Part shown: positions 1-9,653 of the stretch, piece by piece
Numbering within the stretch: position 1 is the stretch's first letter
Layout: the number at the start of each line of letters is the position of its first letter
From: Candidatus Eiseniibacteriota bacterium
GTDB lineage: Bacteria; Eisenbacteria; RBG-16-71-46
Assembly: GCA_041483195.1 (NCBI GenBank)
Contig: JBGPFC010000001.1
Location: 128,001 to 192,000, forward strand
DNA length: 64,000 nucleotides
Direction of reading: 5' to 3'
The notes under the pieces: generated by a model
What the model saw: the letters and a program-made list of their open reading frames with translations, nothing else
Told to the model about the DNA's origin: nothing
Database searches by the model: none
Program-made: the position numbers and the translations under genes

Positions 1-32
1 ACAACCGGCTCAACCAGTACGCGAGAGGCTGA
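1..32 (+). CDS. 3' end of a gene entering the window, possibly a sigma-54-dependent activator (Fis-type HTH tail)
   Basis: Frame from base 3 reads NRLNQYARG-stop (TGA 30-32), resembling the 'TLYNRLxxY' end of NtrC-family HTH domains. Only 9 codons are visible. Confidence 0.3.
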   Translation, partial: NRLNQYARG

Positions 33-213
33 GACTGTGGCCTTGCTCCCGCGCCAGCACTCCCGCTCGTTTGAACATCCTTCATTGGATTGAAGAATCT
101 TCTTCGCCAGCGAAGACGTAGCCGCTCGTCGGGGTGGCGCTCCGGCGGCGCGCCGCACCACGAGATCGATGCTCAGCAACGCGTTACGAGCGAACGCGAC
201 TCCCGCCCGCGCG

Positions 214-229
214 TGGCACGAAACTGGCG
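214..229 (+). promoter_or_regulatory. Putative sigma-54 (-24/-12) promoter
   Basis: TGGCACGAAACTGGCG: GG at 215-216 and GC at 227-228 with correct spacing. The TGGCACG half is perfect and the -12 half is imperfect (TGGC vs TTGC). Confidence 0.45.
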
Positions 230-242
230 ATTGGTTCAACGC

Positions 243-356
243 ATGATCTCATCGACCCATCGTGCAATCACGGCGCTCCTGGTGCGGCTCGTCATCGGGA
301 CCGTGGTGCTGGGGGCCTTGATCCTGATCGGCGTCGTGACCGCGCGGGCGAGCTGA
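243..356 (+). CDS. Possible small single-TM membrane peptide (37 aa)
   Basis: ATG at 243 gives MISSTHRAITALLVRLVIGTVVLGALILIGVVTARAS, one long hydrophobic stretch, just downstream of the putative sigma-54 promoter. Confidence 0.35.
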   Translation: MISSTHRAITALLVRLVIGTVVLGALILIGVVTARAS

Positions 357-477
357 CCGACCAGCCGCTCCGTTGGCCCGAGCCGGTGAGTGCGGTTGTG
401 GAAGAGGCCGCATCAGTCCAGACTCAGCAGCGTCATCGCTCGGATCGGCGAATCGAGACGCTTGGGGAGAATCGACC

Positions 478-2361
478 GTGGCTGAATCGTTATTCCAACG
501 AAGGCTGATCGCGGTGTTGATCGTGGTCGGCCTGCTGGCCGTCATGAGCAGCGGAGCCACCCTGGTCGTGTCGAGGTTGATCGTCGCGAGGGTGGATAAG
601 GTCGCGACCAGCCAGGCACGGGATCTGGCGGACAGCAGGCAGCTGCAGCTCAGCGGCATGCGGAAGATCCTGGACGCGCGTACCTGGGTCCTCACAGGCG
701 ATCCGGGCTACGCCGTCGCCGCGACGTCGGGTAGCGCCGGGATGCGCGAGCAGATCGACCGTATGAGAGCCCGGCTCACGGGCACCCTGGGCGAGGCCTT
801 CCTCGACCGAGTCGCGACCTCGGAACGCCTGCACCAGGAGAGGTTGGAGCGTGCCGTGCTCGCGGAGGTCTCTCCCGGCGGACGAAGGCCCTCTCTGGTC
901 ACGGATTCCCTGGTCTCCCAGGGCACCATGCTCGGGCAGGCGATGGACGCCCTCGTGGCGCACATGGATGCCCTCACCCTCAGCGGACTCGAGGCCACCC
1001 GTAGCTCAGTGGCCCTCGCGCAGAAGATCCTGAACGCGATCACCTTCGCCACCATCCTGCTGGCCGTGATCTTCTGCGTCATGCTCATGCTGGTCCTCAA
1101 GAAGAGTCACCGGGTACAGGCGAGCGCGCGCACGACCGCCGAGGAGCGCCAGACCCGGACGACTCTCGCCCTCTCGGCTGCGGAGGAGGCGGGACACCTG
1201 AAGGACGAGTTCCTCGCCACCGTATCGCACGAGCTCCGCAATCCGCTGGCGCCGATCCTCACCTGGACGCAGCTGCTCCGGAGCGGCACGCTCGACAAGG
1301 AGAAGTCCGATCGGGCGCTGGAGGTGATCGAGCGGAACGTCAGGTCACAGGCTCAGCTGATCGACGACCTGGTCGACGTCTCGCGGGTGGTCTCGGGCAA
1401 GTTCCGGCTCGATGTGAGGCCGATCGAGCTGGCGTCGGTGATCAGGGCCGCGGCCGAATCGCAACGCCCCGCGAGCGAGGCCAAGCAGATCCGACTGCTG
1501 CTCGTGCTGGACGAGCGAGTGGGTCTCGTCTCGGGAGATTCGGAGCGACTGCAACAGGTGATGTGGAATCTCATCTCCAACGCGATCAAGTTCACCCCCA
1601 AAGGCGGCCGGGTGCAGGTCGTGCTGGGGCGTGCCGAGTCGCACGTGGAGGTGTCGGTGATCGACAGCGGCATCGGGATCGATGCCGCGTTTCTCCCCCA
1701 CGTCTTCGAACCGTTCCGGCAGGAGAAGGGCGGCTCGATGCGCCGCCATGGCGGCCTTGGACTGGGACTCTCGATCGTTCGCACGATCACCGAGCTGCAC
1801 GGAGGCGAGATCACCGCTCACAGCGAAGGGCTCGGGCTCGGCTCGAGTTTCATGGTCAAGCTTCCCATGCTGGCGACGAGCCCGTCGCTCGGCGAGACCT
1901 GGCGGAGGCATCCGATCGCCGGGGACGCAGTGGATCACGAAACGCTTCGACGACTCGATGGGATCCGCGTGCTGCTGGTGGACGACGAATCGAGCACGAA
2001 CGAGGCCGTTCAGGCCCTCCTCAGCTCGTGTGGCGCCGTGGTGCGGACCGCGAGCTCGGCCGCGGAGGCTCTCGGCGTGCTCGACCTGTGGGACGCCGAT
2101 GTGCTGGTCTCGGACATCGCGATGCCCGACGAGGACGGTTATGCTCTGATCCGCAAGGTCAGGGAGCGCGATGCCAGGCATGGTGGCGGCATCCCCGCGG
2201 TGGCGCTCACCGCTTATGCCAAGATCGGGGATCGGGTGAGCATCCTGGCCGCGGGATTCCAGATGTACCTCTCGAAGCCTGCGGATCCGACCGAGCTGGT
2301 GGCCGTGGTGGGCAGCCTCGCCTCCCGGCGCGGCGCGAACGGACACCTCAAAGACGCGTGA
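478..2361 (+). CDS. Membrane-bound hybrid sensor histidine kinase / response regulator
   Basis: Two TM helices flank a periplasmic helical region. H-box FLATVSHELRNPL, N-box NLISNAIKFT, DSGIGI and GGLGLGL motifs, and a C-terminal receiver (LLVDD, SDIAMP, KP). Start set at GTG 478 after GGGGAGA. Confidence 0.93.
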   Translation: MAESLFQRRLIAVLIVVGLLAVMSSGATLVVSRLIVARVDKVATSQARDLADSRQLQLSGMRKILDARTWVLTGDPGYAVAATSGSAGMREQIDRMRARLTGTLGEAFLDRVATSERLHQERLERAVLAEVSPGGRRPSLVTDSLVSQGTMLGQAMDALVAHMDALTLSGLEATRSSVALAQKILNAITFATILLAVIFCVMLMLVLKKSHRVQASARTTAEERQTRTTLALSAAEEAGHLKDEFLATVSHELRNPLAPILTWTQLLRSGTLDKEKSDRALEVIERNVRSQAQLIDDLVDVSRVVSGKFRLDVRPIELASVIRAAAESQRPASEAKQIRLLLVLDERVGLVSGDSERLQQVMWNLISNAIKFTPKGGRVQVVLGRAESHVEVSVIDSGIGIDAAFLPHVFEPFRQEKGGSMRRHGGLGLGLSIVRTITELHGGEITAHSEGLGLGSSFMVKLPMLATSPSLGETWRRHPIAGDAVDHETLRRLDGIRVLLVDDESSTNEAVQALLSSCGAVVRTASSAAEALGVLDLWDADVLVSDIAMPDEDGYALIRKVRERDARHGGGIPAVALTAYAKIGDRVSILAAGFQMYLSKPADPTELVAVVGSLASRRGANGHLKDA

Positions 2362-2473
2362 GGCCCGCGGTCGCGAGCGCCCTCGAGCCGGCCGCCTGGG
2401 GCGGCGCCCGTAGTCTGGCTCCACGTGTAGCTCGACGACGCTCCAGGCGGCTGATCCGAATGGAGCTAGTGAG

Positions 2474-3178
2474 ATGAACGACTCGGCGGCCCCTGCGAAC
2501 GAATCCCCCCCACCATCTGACGATCGCCTCGCAGAACGCCTGCGCGGGTTCGGCCCGCTCGGAATCGCTGCGATGCTGGTCATCCTGCTCGTGGGGAATT
2601 ATCCCATCGCGCCGCTCAGCGCCGTGCTGGTGCTGCTGTGGGTGAGGTGGTCGCGCACGCCATGGCGCGAGATCGGCTACGTGCGGCCCAGGAGCTGGAT
2701 CGCCACGATCGCCCTCGGCATCGCGTTCGGCATCGCGTTCAAGTTCCTGATGAAGGCGGTCGTGATGCCGCTGCTGGGCGCGAATCCGATCAATTCCGCG
2801 TTCCACTACCTCGCGGGAAATCGCGCCGCGCTCCCGGGAGCGCTGTACGGGATGATCGTCGGTGCGGGTTTCGGAGAAGAGACGGTCTTTCGCGGCTACC
2901 TGTTCGAGCGCCTCGGCAAGCTGTTCGGAACCGGCGTGCGTGGCAAGGTGCTCACCGTGCTGCTCACGTCGGTGGGGTTTGCGCTGGGGCACTATTCGCT
3001 CCAGGGACTCGCCGGCGCGGAGCAGGCCATGATCACCGGGCTCGTGTTCGGAACGATCTTCGCGTTCACCGGCCGGATCTGGCTCCTGATGGTCGCGCAC
3101 GCCGCGTTCGACGTGACCGCGCTCGCGATGATCTACTGGAATCTGGAAACGCGGGTGGCTCACCTCGTCTTCAAGTAG
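2474..3178 (+). CDS. CPBP/CAAX (Abi) family intramembrane glutamic endopeptidase
   Basis: Multi-TM protein with GEETVFRGYL, FALGH and AHAAFD motifs. Confidence 0.9.
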   Translation: MNDSAAPANESPPPSDDRLAERLRGFGPLGIAAMLVILLVGNYPIAPLSAVLVLLWVRWSRTPWREIGYVRPRSWIATIALGIAFGIAFKFLMKAVVMPLLGANPINSAFHYLAGNRAALPGALYGMIVGAGFGEETVFRGYLFERLGKLFGTGVRGKVLTVLLTSVGFALGHYSLQGLAGAEQAMITGLVFGTIFAFTGRIWLLMVAHAAFDVTALAMIYWNLETRVAHLVFK

Positions 3179-3231
3179 GCTGGGCCGCGATCCGCCGACA
3201 CCACACGCCGCATCGCCCGGGAGGAAGCTCG

Positions 3232-5169
3232 ATGTTCCGCTGGAGTCGCGGCCTTGTCCTCGTCGCCATCCTGTCTCTCTCCCACGCCGGCTCCGCGCGG
3301 TCCGCCGATGCCCCGCTCCCGAGCCCGCAGTTCGCGGGCGCGGACACGGTCGGCGCGCTGGTCGAAGCGTGGGCGCAGGCGGTGGGCGGATGGCGCAATC
3401 TCGGCGCGATCCGAAGCGCACACATCCAATCGCGCCTGACCGAGGACCGCATCCCGGGCACGAGCGAAGAATGGGTGGCCCGCGACGCGTATCGGAAGAC
3501 CGTCACCCAATGGCCCGATCACCGCGAGGAAGTCCGCATGGGGTCCGCGGGCTGGGCGAAGGACTGGAACCAGAAGGTCCGCGCGCTCGAAGGCCGCGAC
3601 CTGCGCGACCTCGTCACGCTCGCGTACCTCAAGTCGCTGCTCTACGCCGGATTCTCGATGGACTCGATCCGGGCCGCGGGCGCCCGCGCCGCGGGCGAGG
3701 ACAGCACCCATGCGTTCCAGGTGATCACGCTCTGCCCGGCGGGCGGGATCCCGCTCGATCTCTACATCGACAAGCAGACGTCTCGCCCGGCGCGGGCGGT
3801 GCGCAAGCCGTACGACGATGAGATCGCGCTCGCCTTCGACGACTGGCGCGAGGTTCGGGGCGTCGCGGTTCCCTATCGGGTGCGCGAGGAGACCGGCGAT
3901 GGATCGGGCTCGAACGCGACGACAATCGCGAGCGTCGAGCCGGGCGCGGACCTCCCCGCGTCACGCTTCGAGGCTCCGCGCGAGGGGGCGGCGGACTATC
4001 GATTCGCGCACGGACGCCGCGCGACCGGCATTCCGTTCAACTTCGAGAACGATCACATCATGATCGAGTGCAGCGTCAACGGCTCGAAGCCCATCTGGTT
4101 CATGCTCGACACCGGGGCCGGCGTGACGGTCATCAATTCGCTCCGGCTCCGCGAGTTCGGGCTCGAACCGTTCGGGGCGAGCGAAGTCATGGGCGGCGGC
4201 AATACCACCAGCTTCGCCTTCACGCGGGTCGGGAGCCTCAGGGTGGGCGGTGTCGAGCTGTTCCATCAGCGCGATGGCGTGATCGATCTCGGCGGACTCG
4301 AGCGCATCTACGGCATGCCGATCGGCGGAATCCTCGGATTCGACTTCGCGAGCCGGTTCGTCACCCGGGTCGACTATGGCACGAAGACGCTCGATCTCTA
4401 CGCGCCCGATGACTACGCCGATCCGGGTCGCGGCGAAAGGGTCCCGTTCGTCCTGGAGCAGCGTCATCCTCACGTGCGCGCCATGATCACCGTCCCGGAC
4501 GGGCCCCCGATCGCGGCGGACTTCGTCATCGACTCCGGCGCCTCCGAAACCGCCAATCTCACCGCGCCGTTCGTGAGGGCCAATCGCCTGCTCGAGCGCG
4601 CCCGCAGGACTCCGGCCGGCACGCCGCACACCATGCCGGGATCCGAGCGACAGTTCTTCGCGCAGACCACGGTCCGCGGGAAGCTCAGCTCGATCGTGCT
4701 CGGGGGCTTCACGCTCACCGAGATCCCCGTGAACCTGCAGCAGGGCTCGAGCGGCGTCTACGCGTCGGCGAGCTTCGCGGGAACGATCGGCGAGCGCATC
4801 CTGCAGCGATTCACGACGACCTACGATTACCCGCGCGGCGTGCTGGTGCTCGAGCCCAACGACGAATTCGCGAAGCCCTTCCCGCCGCGGACGACGTTCG
4901 GCGCGGCGCTGCTGGCTGAGGGAGCGGACTACACGACGTTCAAGGTGACCGGGGTCCGCAAGCATTCACCGGCCGCGGCGGCGGGCCTCGCGACCGGCGA
5001 CGTCATCGCGGCGATCGACGACAAGCCGGCGGCCGCGTGGCGCCTCGCGGGAGTGCGCGCCGCGCTGGCCGCGGACGGAACGAAGCACGTGCTCGACGTC
5101 GTGAGGAACGGCGGCGAGCAGGTTCGCCTCTCGTTCACCGTTCAGCTGGTCTCGATCGAGGACAACTGA
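3232..5169 (+). CDS. Secreted aspartyl protease with two retropepsin-like domains and a C-terminal PDZ domain
   Basis: Signal peptide from ATG 3232 (RBS GGAGGA). FMLDTGA...GILG and FVIDSGA...GTIG motifs, then PDZ-like SPAAAAGLATGDVIAAID. Confidence 0.85.
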   Translation: MFRWSRGLVLVAILSLSHAGSARSADAPLPSPQFAGADTVGALVEAWAQAVGGWRNLGAIRSAHIQSRLTEDRIPGTSEEWVARDAYRKTVTQWPDHREEVRMGSAGWAKDWNQKVRALEGRDLRDLVTLAYLKSLLYAGFSMDSIRAAGARAAGEDSTHAFQVITLCPAGGIPLDLYIDKQTSRPARAVRKPYDDEIALAFDDWREVRGVAVPYRVREETGDGSGSNATTIASVEPGADLPASRFEAPREGAADYRFAHGRRATGIPFNFENDHIMIECSVNGSKPIWFMLDTGAGVTVINSLRLREFGLEPFGASEVMGGGNTTSFAFTRVGSLRVGGVELFHQRDGVIDLGGLERIYGMPIGGILGFDFASRFVTRVDYGTKTLDLYAPDDYADPGRGERVPFVLEQRHPHVRAMITVPDGPPIAADFVIDSGASETANLTAPFVRANRLLERARRTPAGTPHTMPGSERQFFAQTTVRGKLSSIVLGGFTLTEIPVNLQQGSSGVYASASFAGTIGERILQRFTTTYDYPRGVLVLEPNDEFAKPFPPRTTFGAALLAEGADYTTFKVTGVRKHSPAAAAGLATGDVIAAIDDKPAAAWRLAGVRAALAADGTKHVLDVVRNGGEQVRLSFTVQLVSIEDN

Positions 5170-5183
5170 GGCCACGGGGTATC

Positions 5184-5690
5184 TCAGACGCCCCGCTGCG
5201 GCACGCGGTCCCCCAGATGCCGCTCGAACTCGCCATCGAGCACCCGCCGCCGCTCCCGCCACATCGATCGCATCCGCCACTCGTCCGGCACGTGCTCGTA
5301 ACCGGGTGAGACCAGCGGCAGCGCACGCTCCACGGCGAGCAACACCACGCACTCGATCGAATACATCGTGCCTTCCTCGCGCGTGATGCGCTCGACGGCG
5401 TCGCGGAACACGGCGTCATCGCGGTGAATGCTGGCGCGGCCGAAGAACCGATAGCCGCGGCGAGAGAGCGCGTCGACGACGTTGAGCTCCATCCAGGGGT
5501 GCCGCTCGAGATTCGCGCGCGTGCCGGGCGATGCGATGTCGCAGAAGAAGATGTGATGATCGTCCCAGACCCGCACCGTCCCCTTGGGGGACAGATTCGG
5601 GCGGCCGTCGGCGGTGACCGTCGCGGCGAAGCACAGCCGTTGCGCCGCGATCAACGCACGCATGTCGGAGTCGATCGTCACGAGGCTCAT
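5184..5690 (-). CDS. Pyridoxamine 5'-phosphate oxidase family FMN-binding protein
   Basis: AATVTADGRPNLSPKG, SPGTRANL and RGYRFFGRA motifs. Confidence 0.85.
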   Translation of the reverse strand: MSLVTIDSDMRALIAAQRLCFAATVTADGRPNLSPKGTVRVWDDHHIFFCDIASPGTRANLERHPWMELNVVDALSRRGYRFFGRASIHRDDAVFRDAVERITREEGTMYSIECVVLLAVERALPLVSPGYEHVPDEWRMRSMWRERRRVLDGEFERHLGDRVPQRGV

Positions 5691-5754
5691 GGCATCGACC
5701 CTCCGCCGACCTCGACGTATCGCGAGCGGCCCGCGACGAGTTCCTCGCGTCCCG

Positions 5755-6195
5755 TCACGAGCCCGCGATCGCGAGGCCGAGGCCCTCGTCCTTCCAGCCC
5801 TCGATGCCGCCGAGCATCTTCTTCACGCGGCGGCCGAGGCGCGCGAGGCGAAGCGCGGCCCGATCGGCGCCGTTGCAGTGCGGCCCGCTGCAGTACACGA
5901 CGAACAGGGGGTCTCCCGCATACGGCTCGAGATTGCGTTCGTTGATGCGCGCGTGGGGCAGATTGAGCGCCCCCGGCACGTGGCCCGCCGCGTAGAGCGC
6001 CGGCGATCTCACGTCGAGCACCACGAATCCGGCCTCGCGCCGGCTCAGCGCATGGTTCACGTCCCAGCAGTCGGTTTCGTACGTGAGCAGCGATTCGAAA
6101 TGCCGCGCCGCCTCGGCGGGGTCGGCGACCCCCTGATCGAGCGAGCTGCCCACATGCGCCTCTGCCGGTGCCGCCACCTTCTCGAGTTCCGCCAT
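5755..6195 (-). CDS. Rhodanese-like domain protein
   Basis: VLDVRS...GHVPGA, VVYCSGPHCNGA and GGIEGW motifs. Start at ATG 6195 with an AGAAGGAGA RBS. Confidence 0.9.
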   Translation of the reverse strand: MAELEKVAAPAEAHVGSSLDQGVADPAEAARHFESLLTYETDCWDVNHALSRREAGFVVLDVRSPALYAAGHVPGALNLPHARINERNLEPYAGDPLFVVYCSGPHCNGADRAALRLARLGRRVKKMLGGIEGWKDEGLGLAIAGS

Positions 6196-6319
6196 GACCC
6201 GTCTCCTTCTCGAGGACTTCGCCCGCAACCGATCGCGCGGCCTGACCACGCGAGAATCTTCGCAGAACGTCGGCAGTTCGGGGATAGGCAGGAATGACAT
6301 TGTGCGATAAGATTGCGCC

Positions 6320-7306
6320 ATGCGTCCCCTTGCTCGCCGCCGTCCGCACCGCGTGGTGGTGGTGGCCTACGATCGGGTCGCCCTGTTCGAGCTGGCGATC
6401 GCGGTCGAGGTGTTCGGGCTGCCGCGTCCCGAGCTCGAGATCCCCTGGTACGCTTTCGAAGTCCGTTCGCTCGACTCGGGACCGCTGCGGGCGACCGGGG
6501 CGCTCCATGTGCGGGCGCGGCACGGCCTCAAGGGGCTGACCGGCGCCGACACCATCATCATCCCGGGCTGGCGTGATCCGGCCGAGACGCCGCCGCCGCG
6601 GCTGCTGGCCGCCCTGCGCCGGGCGCATCGGCGCGGCGCCCGGGTGGTCTCGATCTGTTCGGGGGTGTTCGTGCTCGCCGCGGCGGGCCTGCTCGATGGC
6701 CGGCGCGCGACGACCCACTGGCGATACACCGAGCGGCTCCGCGCGCGTTACCCATCGATCCGGGTGGAACCCGACGTGCTGTACGTTGAAGACGGCAACG
6801 TGTTCACGTCGGCGGGCAGCGCGGCGGGCATCGACCTGTGCCTGCACCTGGTGCGGCTCGATCACGGGGCCGAGATCGCGAACCAGGTCGCGCGCAGGCT
6901 CGTGGTCTCGCCGCATCGCGACGGCGGTCAGGCCCAGTTCGTCTCGCTGCCGGTGCCGGCCCGGCCGGGACGCGGGCTCGCGCGCGCGCTGGATTGGGCG
7001 GTCGCCCACCTCGATCGGCCGCTCGCGGTCGGCGCGCTGGCGCACGCGGCCGCGCTCTCTCCGCGCACCTTCGTGCGGCGCTTCCGCGACGAGATGGGAA
7101 CCACGCCGCATCGCTGGCTGACGCGCCAGCGAGTGCTCGCCGCGCAGCGACGGCTCGAGAGCGCGCGCGAGAGCGTTGACGAGGTGGCGGCCGCGGTCGG
7201 ATTCGGGACCGCGCAGACGCTGAGGCTCCACTTCCGGAGAATCATCCGCGTCTCGCCCACCGCCTACCGGCGGCGTTTCAGCACGCGATCGCGACGATCC
7301 GCCTGA
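6320..7306 (+). CDS. ftrA: GlxA/FtrA-family AraC regulator (DJ-1/PfpI domain plus HTH)
   Basis: SICSGVFVLAAAGLLDGRRATTHW, TSAGSAAGIDLCLH and RDGGQAQF motifs, then an AraC HTH. Divergent from the rhodanese gene, as is typical for this pair. Confidence 0.88.
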   Translation: MRPLARRRPHRVVVVAYDRVALFELAIAVEVFGLPRPELEIPWYAFEVRSLDSGPLRATGALHVRARHGLKGLTGADTIIIPGWRDPAETPPPRLLAALRRAHRRGARVVSICSGVFVLAAAGLLDGRRATTHWRYTERLRARYPSIRVEPDVLYVEDGNVFTSAGSAAGIDLCLHLVRLDHGAEIANQVARRLVVSPHRDGGQAQFVSLPVPARPGRGLARALDWAVAHLDRPLAVGALAHAAALSPRTFVRRFRDEMGTTPHRWLTRQRVLAAQRRLESARESVDEVAAAVGFGTAQTLRLHFRRIIRVSPTAYRRRFSTRSRRSA

Positions 7307-7315
7307 AGGCGGGCG

Positions 7316-7879
7316 TCAGGCGAGGCGCTTCCGCATCGGCACCAATCGCAGGCGCTCGCCGCCCGCGAGCGGATGTTCGAGCGGCGGACCGGACGAGTAT
7401 CCGTGCGCCGAGTAGAATTGCACCCCGGTGAGCGTCGCCATCAGCTCCATCGACTCGAACCCGGCGCTCGCCGCCTCGGCTTCGCATCGCCGCAGGATCA
7501 AGCGCCCGATCCCGCGACGCGCGAAATCGGGGTGGACGAAGAACGCCCGGATGCGCGCGGGGTGCCGGGCCGGGTCGAGCAGTTGCGAGTCGCGGCCGCC
7601 GAGCGAGTCCGCGCCGAACAGCGTCGCGCGCCTGCTCCACCCTCCGCAGCCGACCAGGGGTCCGTCCAGCTCCACGACGAAGTAGGTCCGGTCGGCGATC
7701 AGCTGCGTGTCCACGCCGAAGGCCCCTCGCAGCGCGCCATCGATCTGGCCTGGCGAGTAGTCCCTTATCCCGAGCTCCCGCGCGGAGCGGTCGATCAGCC
7801 GCTCGAGCGCGGGAACGTCCGCGTGGGTCGCGAGGCGCATGCGCAATTGCTCCCGCGCCGTGCCGGCCTCCTCGGTCAC
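7316..7879 (-). CDS. GNAT family N-acetyltransferase
   Basis: VGCGGWSRR, FFVHPDFARRGIG (acetyl-CoA motif A) and ATLTGVQFY. Confidence 0.9.
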   Translation of the reverse strand: MTEEAGTAREQLRMRLATHADVPALERLIDRSARELGIRDYSPGQIDGALRGAFGVDTQLIADRTYFVVELDGPLVGCGGWSRRATLFGADSLGGRDSQLLDPARHPARIRAFFVHPDFARRGIGRLILRRCEAEAASAGFESMELMATLTGVQFYSAHGYSSGPPLEHPLAGGERLRLVPMRKRLA

Positions 7880-7890
7880 GATGCCCCTCC

Positions 7891-9645
7891 CTAATCCTCC
7901 GGCAGCTTCCCGATCTTCGCGTTGATTGCATCCCGGAGCTTGAGATCCGATGGCGCGAGCGCGACCTTGAGCGTGTCCGCCCCCTTGACCGCTGCCTCTG
8001 CCGACTCCCGATCGTTCAATGCGACGAAGCCCGCGGCGGCGTTCAGAAAGCTCCCCCAGGCGTCCCTCGGTCGTTTCAGGTGCAGGTAGGCCACGGCGAG
8101 ACGTTCGTTCACCCCCGGTGACGGCGGCGGGCTGAAGCCCTCCTCGTGCGCGATGCGATCCACCTGGACCGCGTGTTCGAGTTGGAACACCGCGGTGTGG
8201 GAATCACCGGGCGGCCCCCAGCGGCCCTGCTGCTCGAAGATGCTCGCCAGGACGAGGTGCATGCGGATGATGTTCAGCCATTGGTGCTCGTGGTACTGGA
8301 CCCCTTTCGACTCGAACAGAATGTCGGTCATGCGTTCGATCAGGTCGCCATGCGGATCGAGTTCGTTCGGATGGGAGTGGAACTGACCGATGACCTTGAG
8401 GGCCGCGTCGGTGTTGCGAGGGTCCAGCTCGAACGCCGCCGTGTACCGGGCCAACGCCGCGAGCGAATCGGGCGCCTGCCGGCCCTGCTCCCGGGCGACG
8501 CCGCGCGCGTACGCGTCGCCGATCGCGACCAGCAGCTCGGCGAATGCCTGCTGGCGCTCGCGCCGCCCCGACCAGTGGGGGAAGTATTCCATGAGCACCC
8601 CAGGCGCGAAGACCGGCTTGAATCGGGCGTGGAACGCGAAGCTCACCTCGCGGACGATGGGGCCGAGATCGGGGAACTGGGTCCCCAGCTCGTTCACCTG
8701 CGGGAGCCCGTCCAGCGTCACGCCGTCGCGCGCGTAGGCGCGAAGCACCGCCGCCAGCAGATCCTGCGCGGCGGCATCGTCTCCCCACTTCGACAGGCAC
8801 CTCATGCCCTGCGCTGCGGCCACGCCGGCCCGTCCCGAATCGACCAGGGCGTTGGTCACCGCGATCGCGTCCCGGATCGGCGGGGGGCTGACCTGAAGCA
8901 GCGTGCGGTAGGTCCCCTCGACCGCGTCGCCGAACCGCGGAGCGCCGAGCGCGGCCGCGCGATACTCGCCCAGCGCCCCGAGCGTATCGCCCGTCGCTTC
9001 GTATGCGCGCGCGAGGTTGTAGCGGTAGAGCGGGGCCTGAGACTGCGGCAGGCTGCTCGACGGCACCCGCTTGAGCGCCTCAACGGCCGCGGCGGGATTG
9101 CCTTGCCGCACGTACATCACGCCCAGGTTGTTGAGCGCGAGCGTGCGACTCCCGGCGTCGCCGGTCTCGATGACCCTGGCATACGTGGCCTTCGCCGAAT
9201 CGAGCCAGAACGCCCGGCTCTTGTCGCTCCACGCGATGGCCTCGCAGGTCTGCGCCTTGCCCAGCAGGGCGCGCGTGCGCTCCGAGCGATCGAGCGAGTC
9301 GGCGGGGCCGCGGAGCACGGCGTTGAAATGGACCAGCGCGGTGTCGTAGTCGCCGCGGCTGCGCGCGGCGGTGGCGTCGATCAGGATCGCCCGCGACGAG
9401 CGCAGCTGCATGAGCGTGCCCGGCGGCTTGTTGACCATCAGGGTCGTCTTCGCCGCGGCGTTCGCATCGACCGCGCCCTGGGGCACGACGGTCGATTTCG
9501 CCGCGGCAGTCGCGGGCGAGTTCGCGACGGTCCTCCCGCGGGTCTTCGCGATGGTCTTCGCGGGAGTCTTCGCGGAATCTGGACCTTGCGCCGCCGCGCC
9601 CACCGCAGCGGTGAGGAGGACGGCGACCAGTACGAGCACTCTCAT
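7891..9645 (-). CDS. Secreted tetratricopeptide-repeat protein
   Basis: Signal peptide MRVLVLVAVLLTAAVGAAAQ from ATG 9645, followed by TPR-like helices (ALNNLGVMYVRQG, YRYNLARAYEATG). Confidence 0.75.
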   Translation of the reverse strand: MRVLVLVAVLLTAAVGAAAQGPDSAKTPAKTIAKTRGRTVANSPATAAAKSTVVPQGAVDANAAAKTTLMVNKPPGTLMQLRSSRAILIDATAARSRGDYDTALVHFNAVLRGPADSLDRSERTRALLGKAQTCEAIAWSDKSRAFWLDSAKATYARVIETGDAGSRTLALNNLGVMYVRQGNPAAAVEALKRVPSSSLPQSQAPLYRYNLARAYEATGDTLGALGEYRAAALGAPRFGDAVEGTYRTLLQVSPPPIRDAIAVTNALVDSGRAGVAAAQGMRCLSKWGDDAAAQDLLAAVLRAYARDGVTLDGLPQVNELGTQFPDLGPIVREVSFAFHARFKPVFAPGVLMEYFPHWSGRRERQQAFAELLVAIGDAYARGVAREQGRQAPDSLAALARYTAAFELDPRNTDAALKVIGQFHSHPNELDPHGDLIERMTDILFESKGVQYHEHQWLNIIRMHLVLASIFEQQGRWGPPGDSHTAVFQLEHAVQVDRIAHEEGFSPPPSPGVNERLAVAYLHLKRPRDAWGSFLNAAAGFVALNDRESAEAAVKGADTLKVALAPSDLKLRDAINAKIGKLPED

Positions 9646-9653
9646 GGCGGGCC

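Noticed and set aside
6287..6320. GGCAGGAATGACA...GCCA element before ftrA
   Set aside because: Probably the autoregulatory or promoter region of the ftrA/rhodanese pair, but I cannot define the site from one copy.
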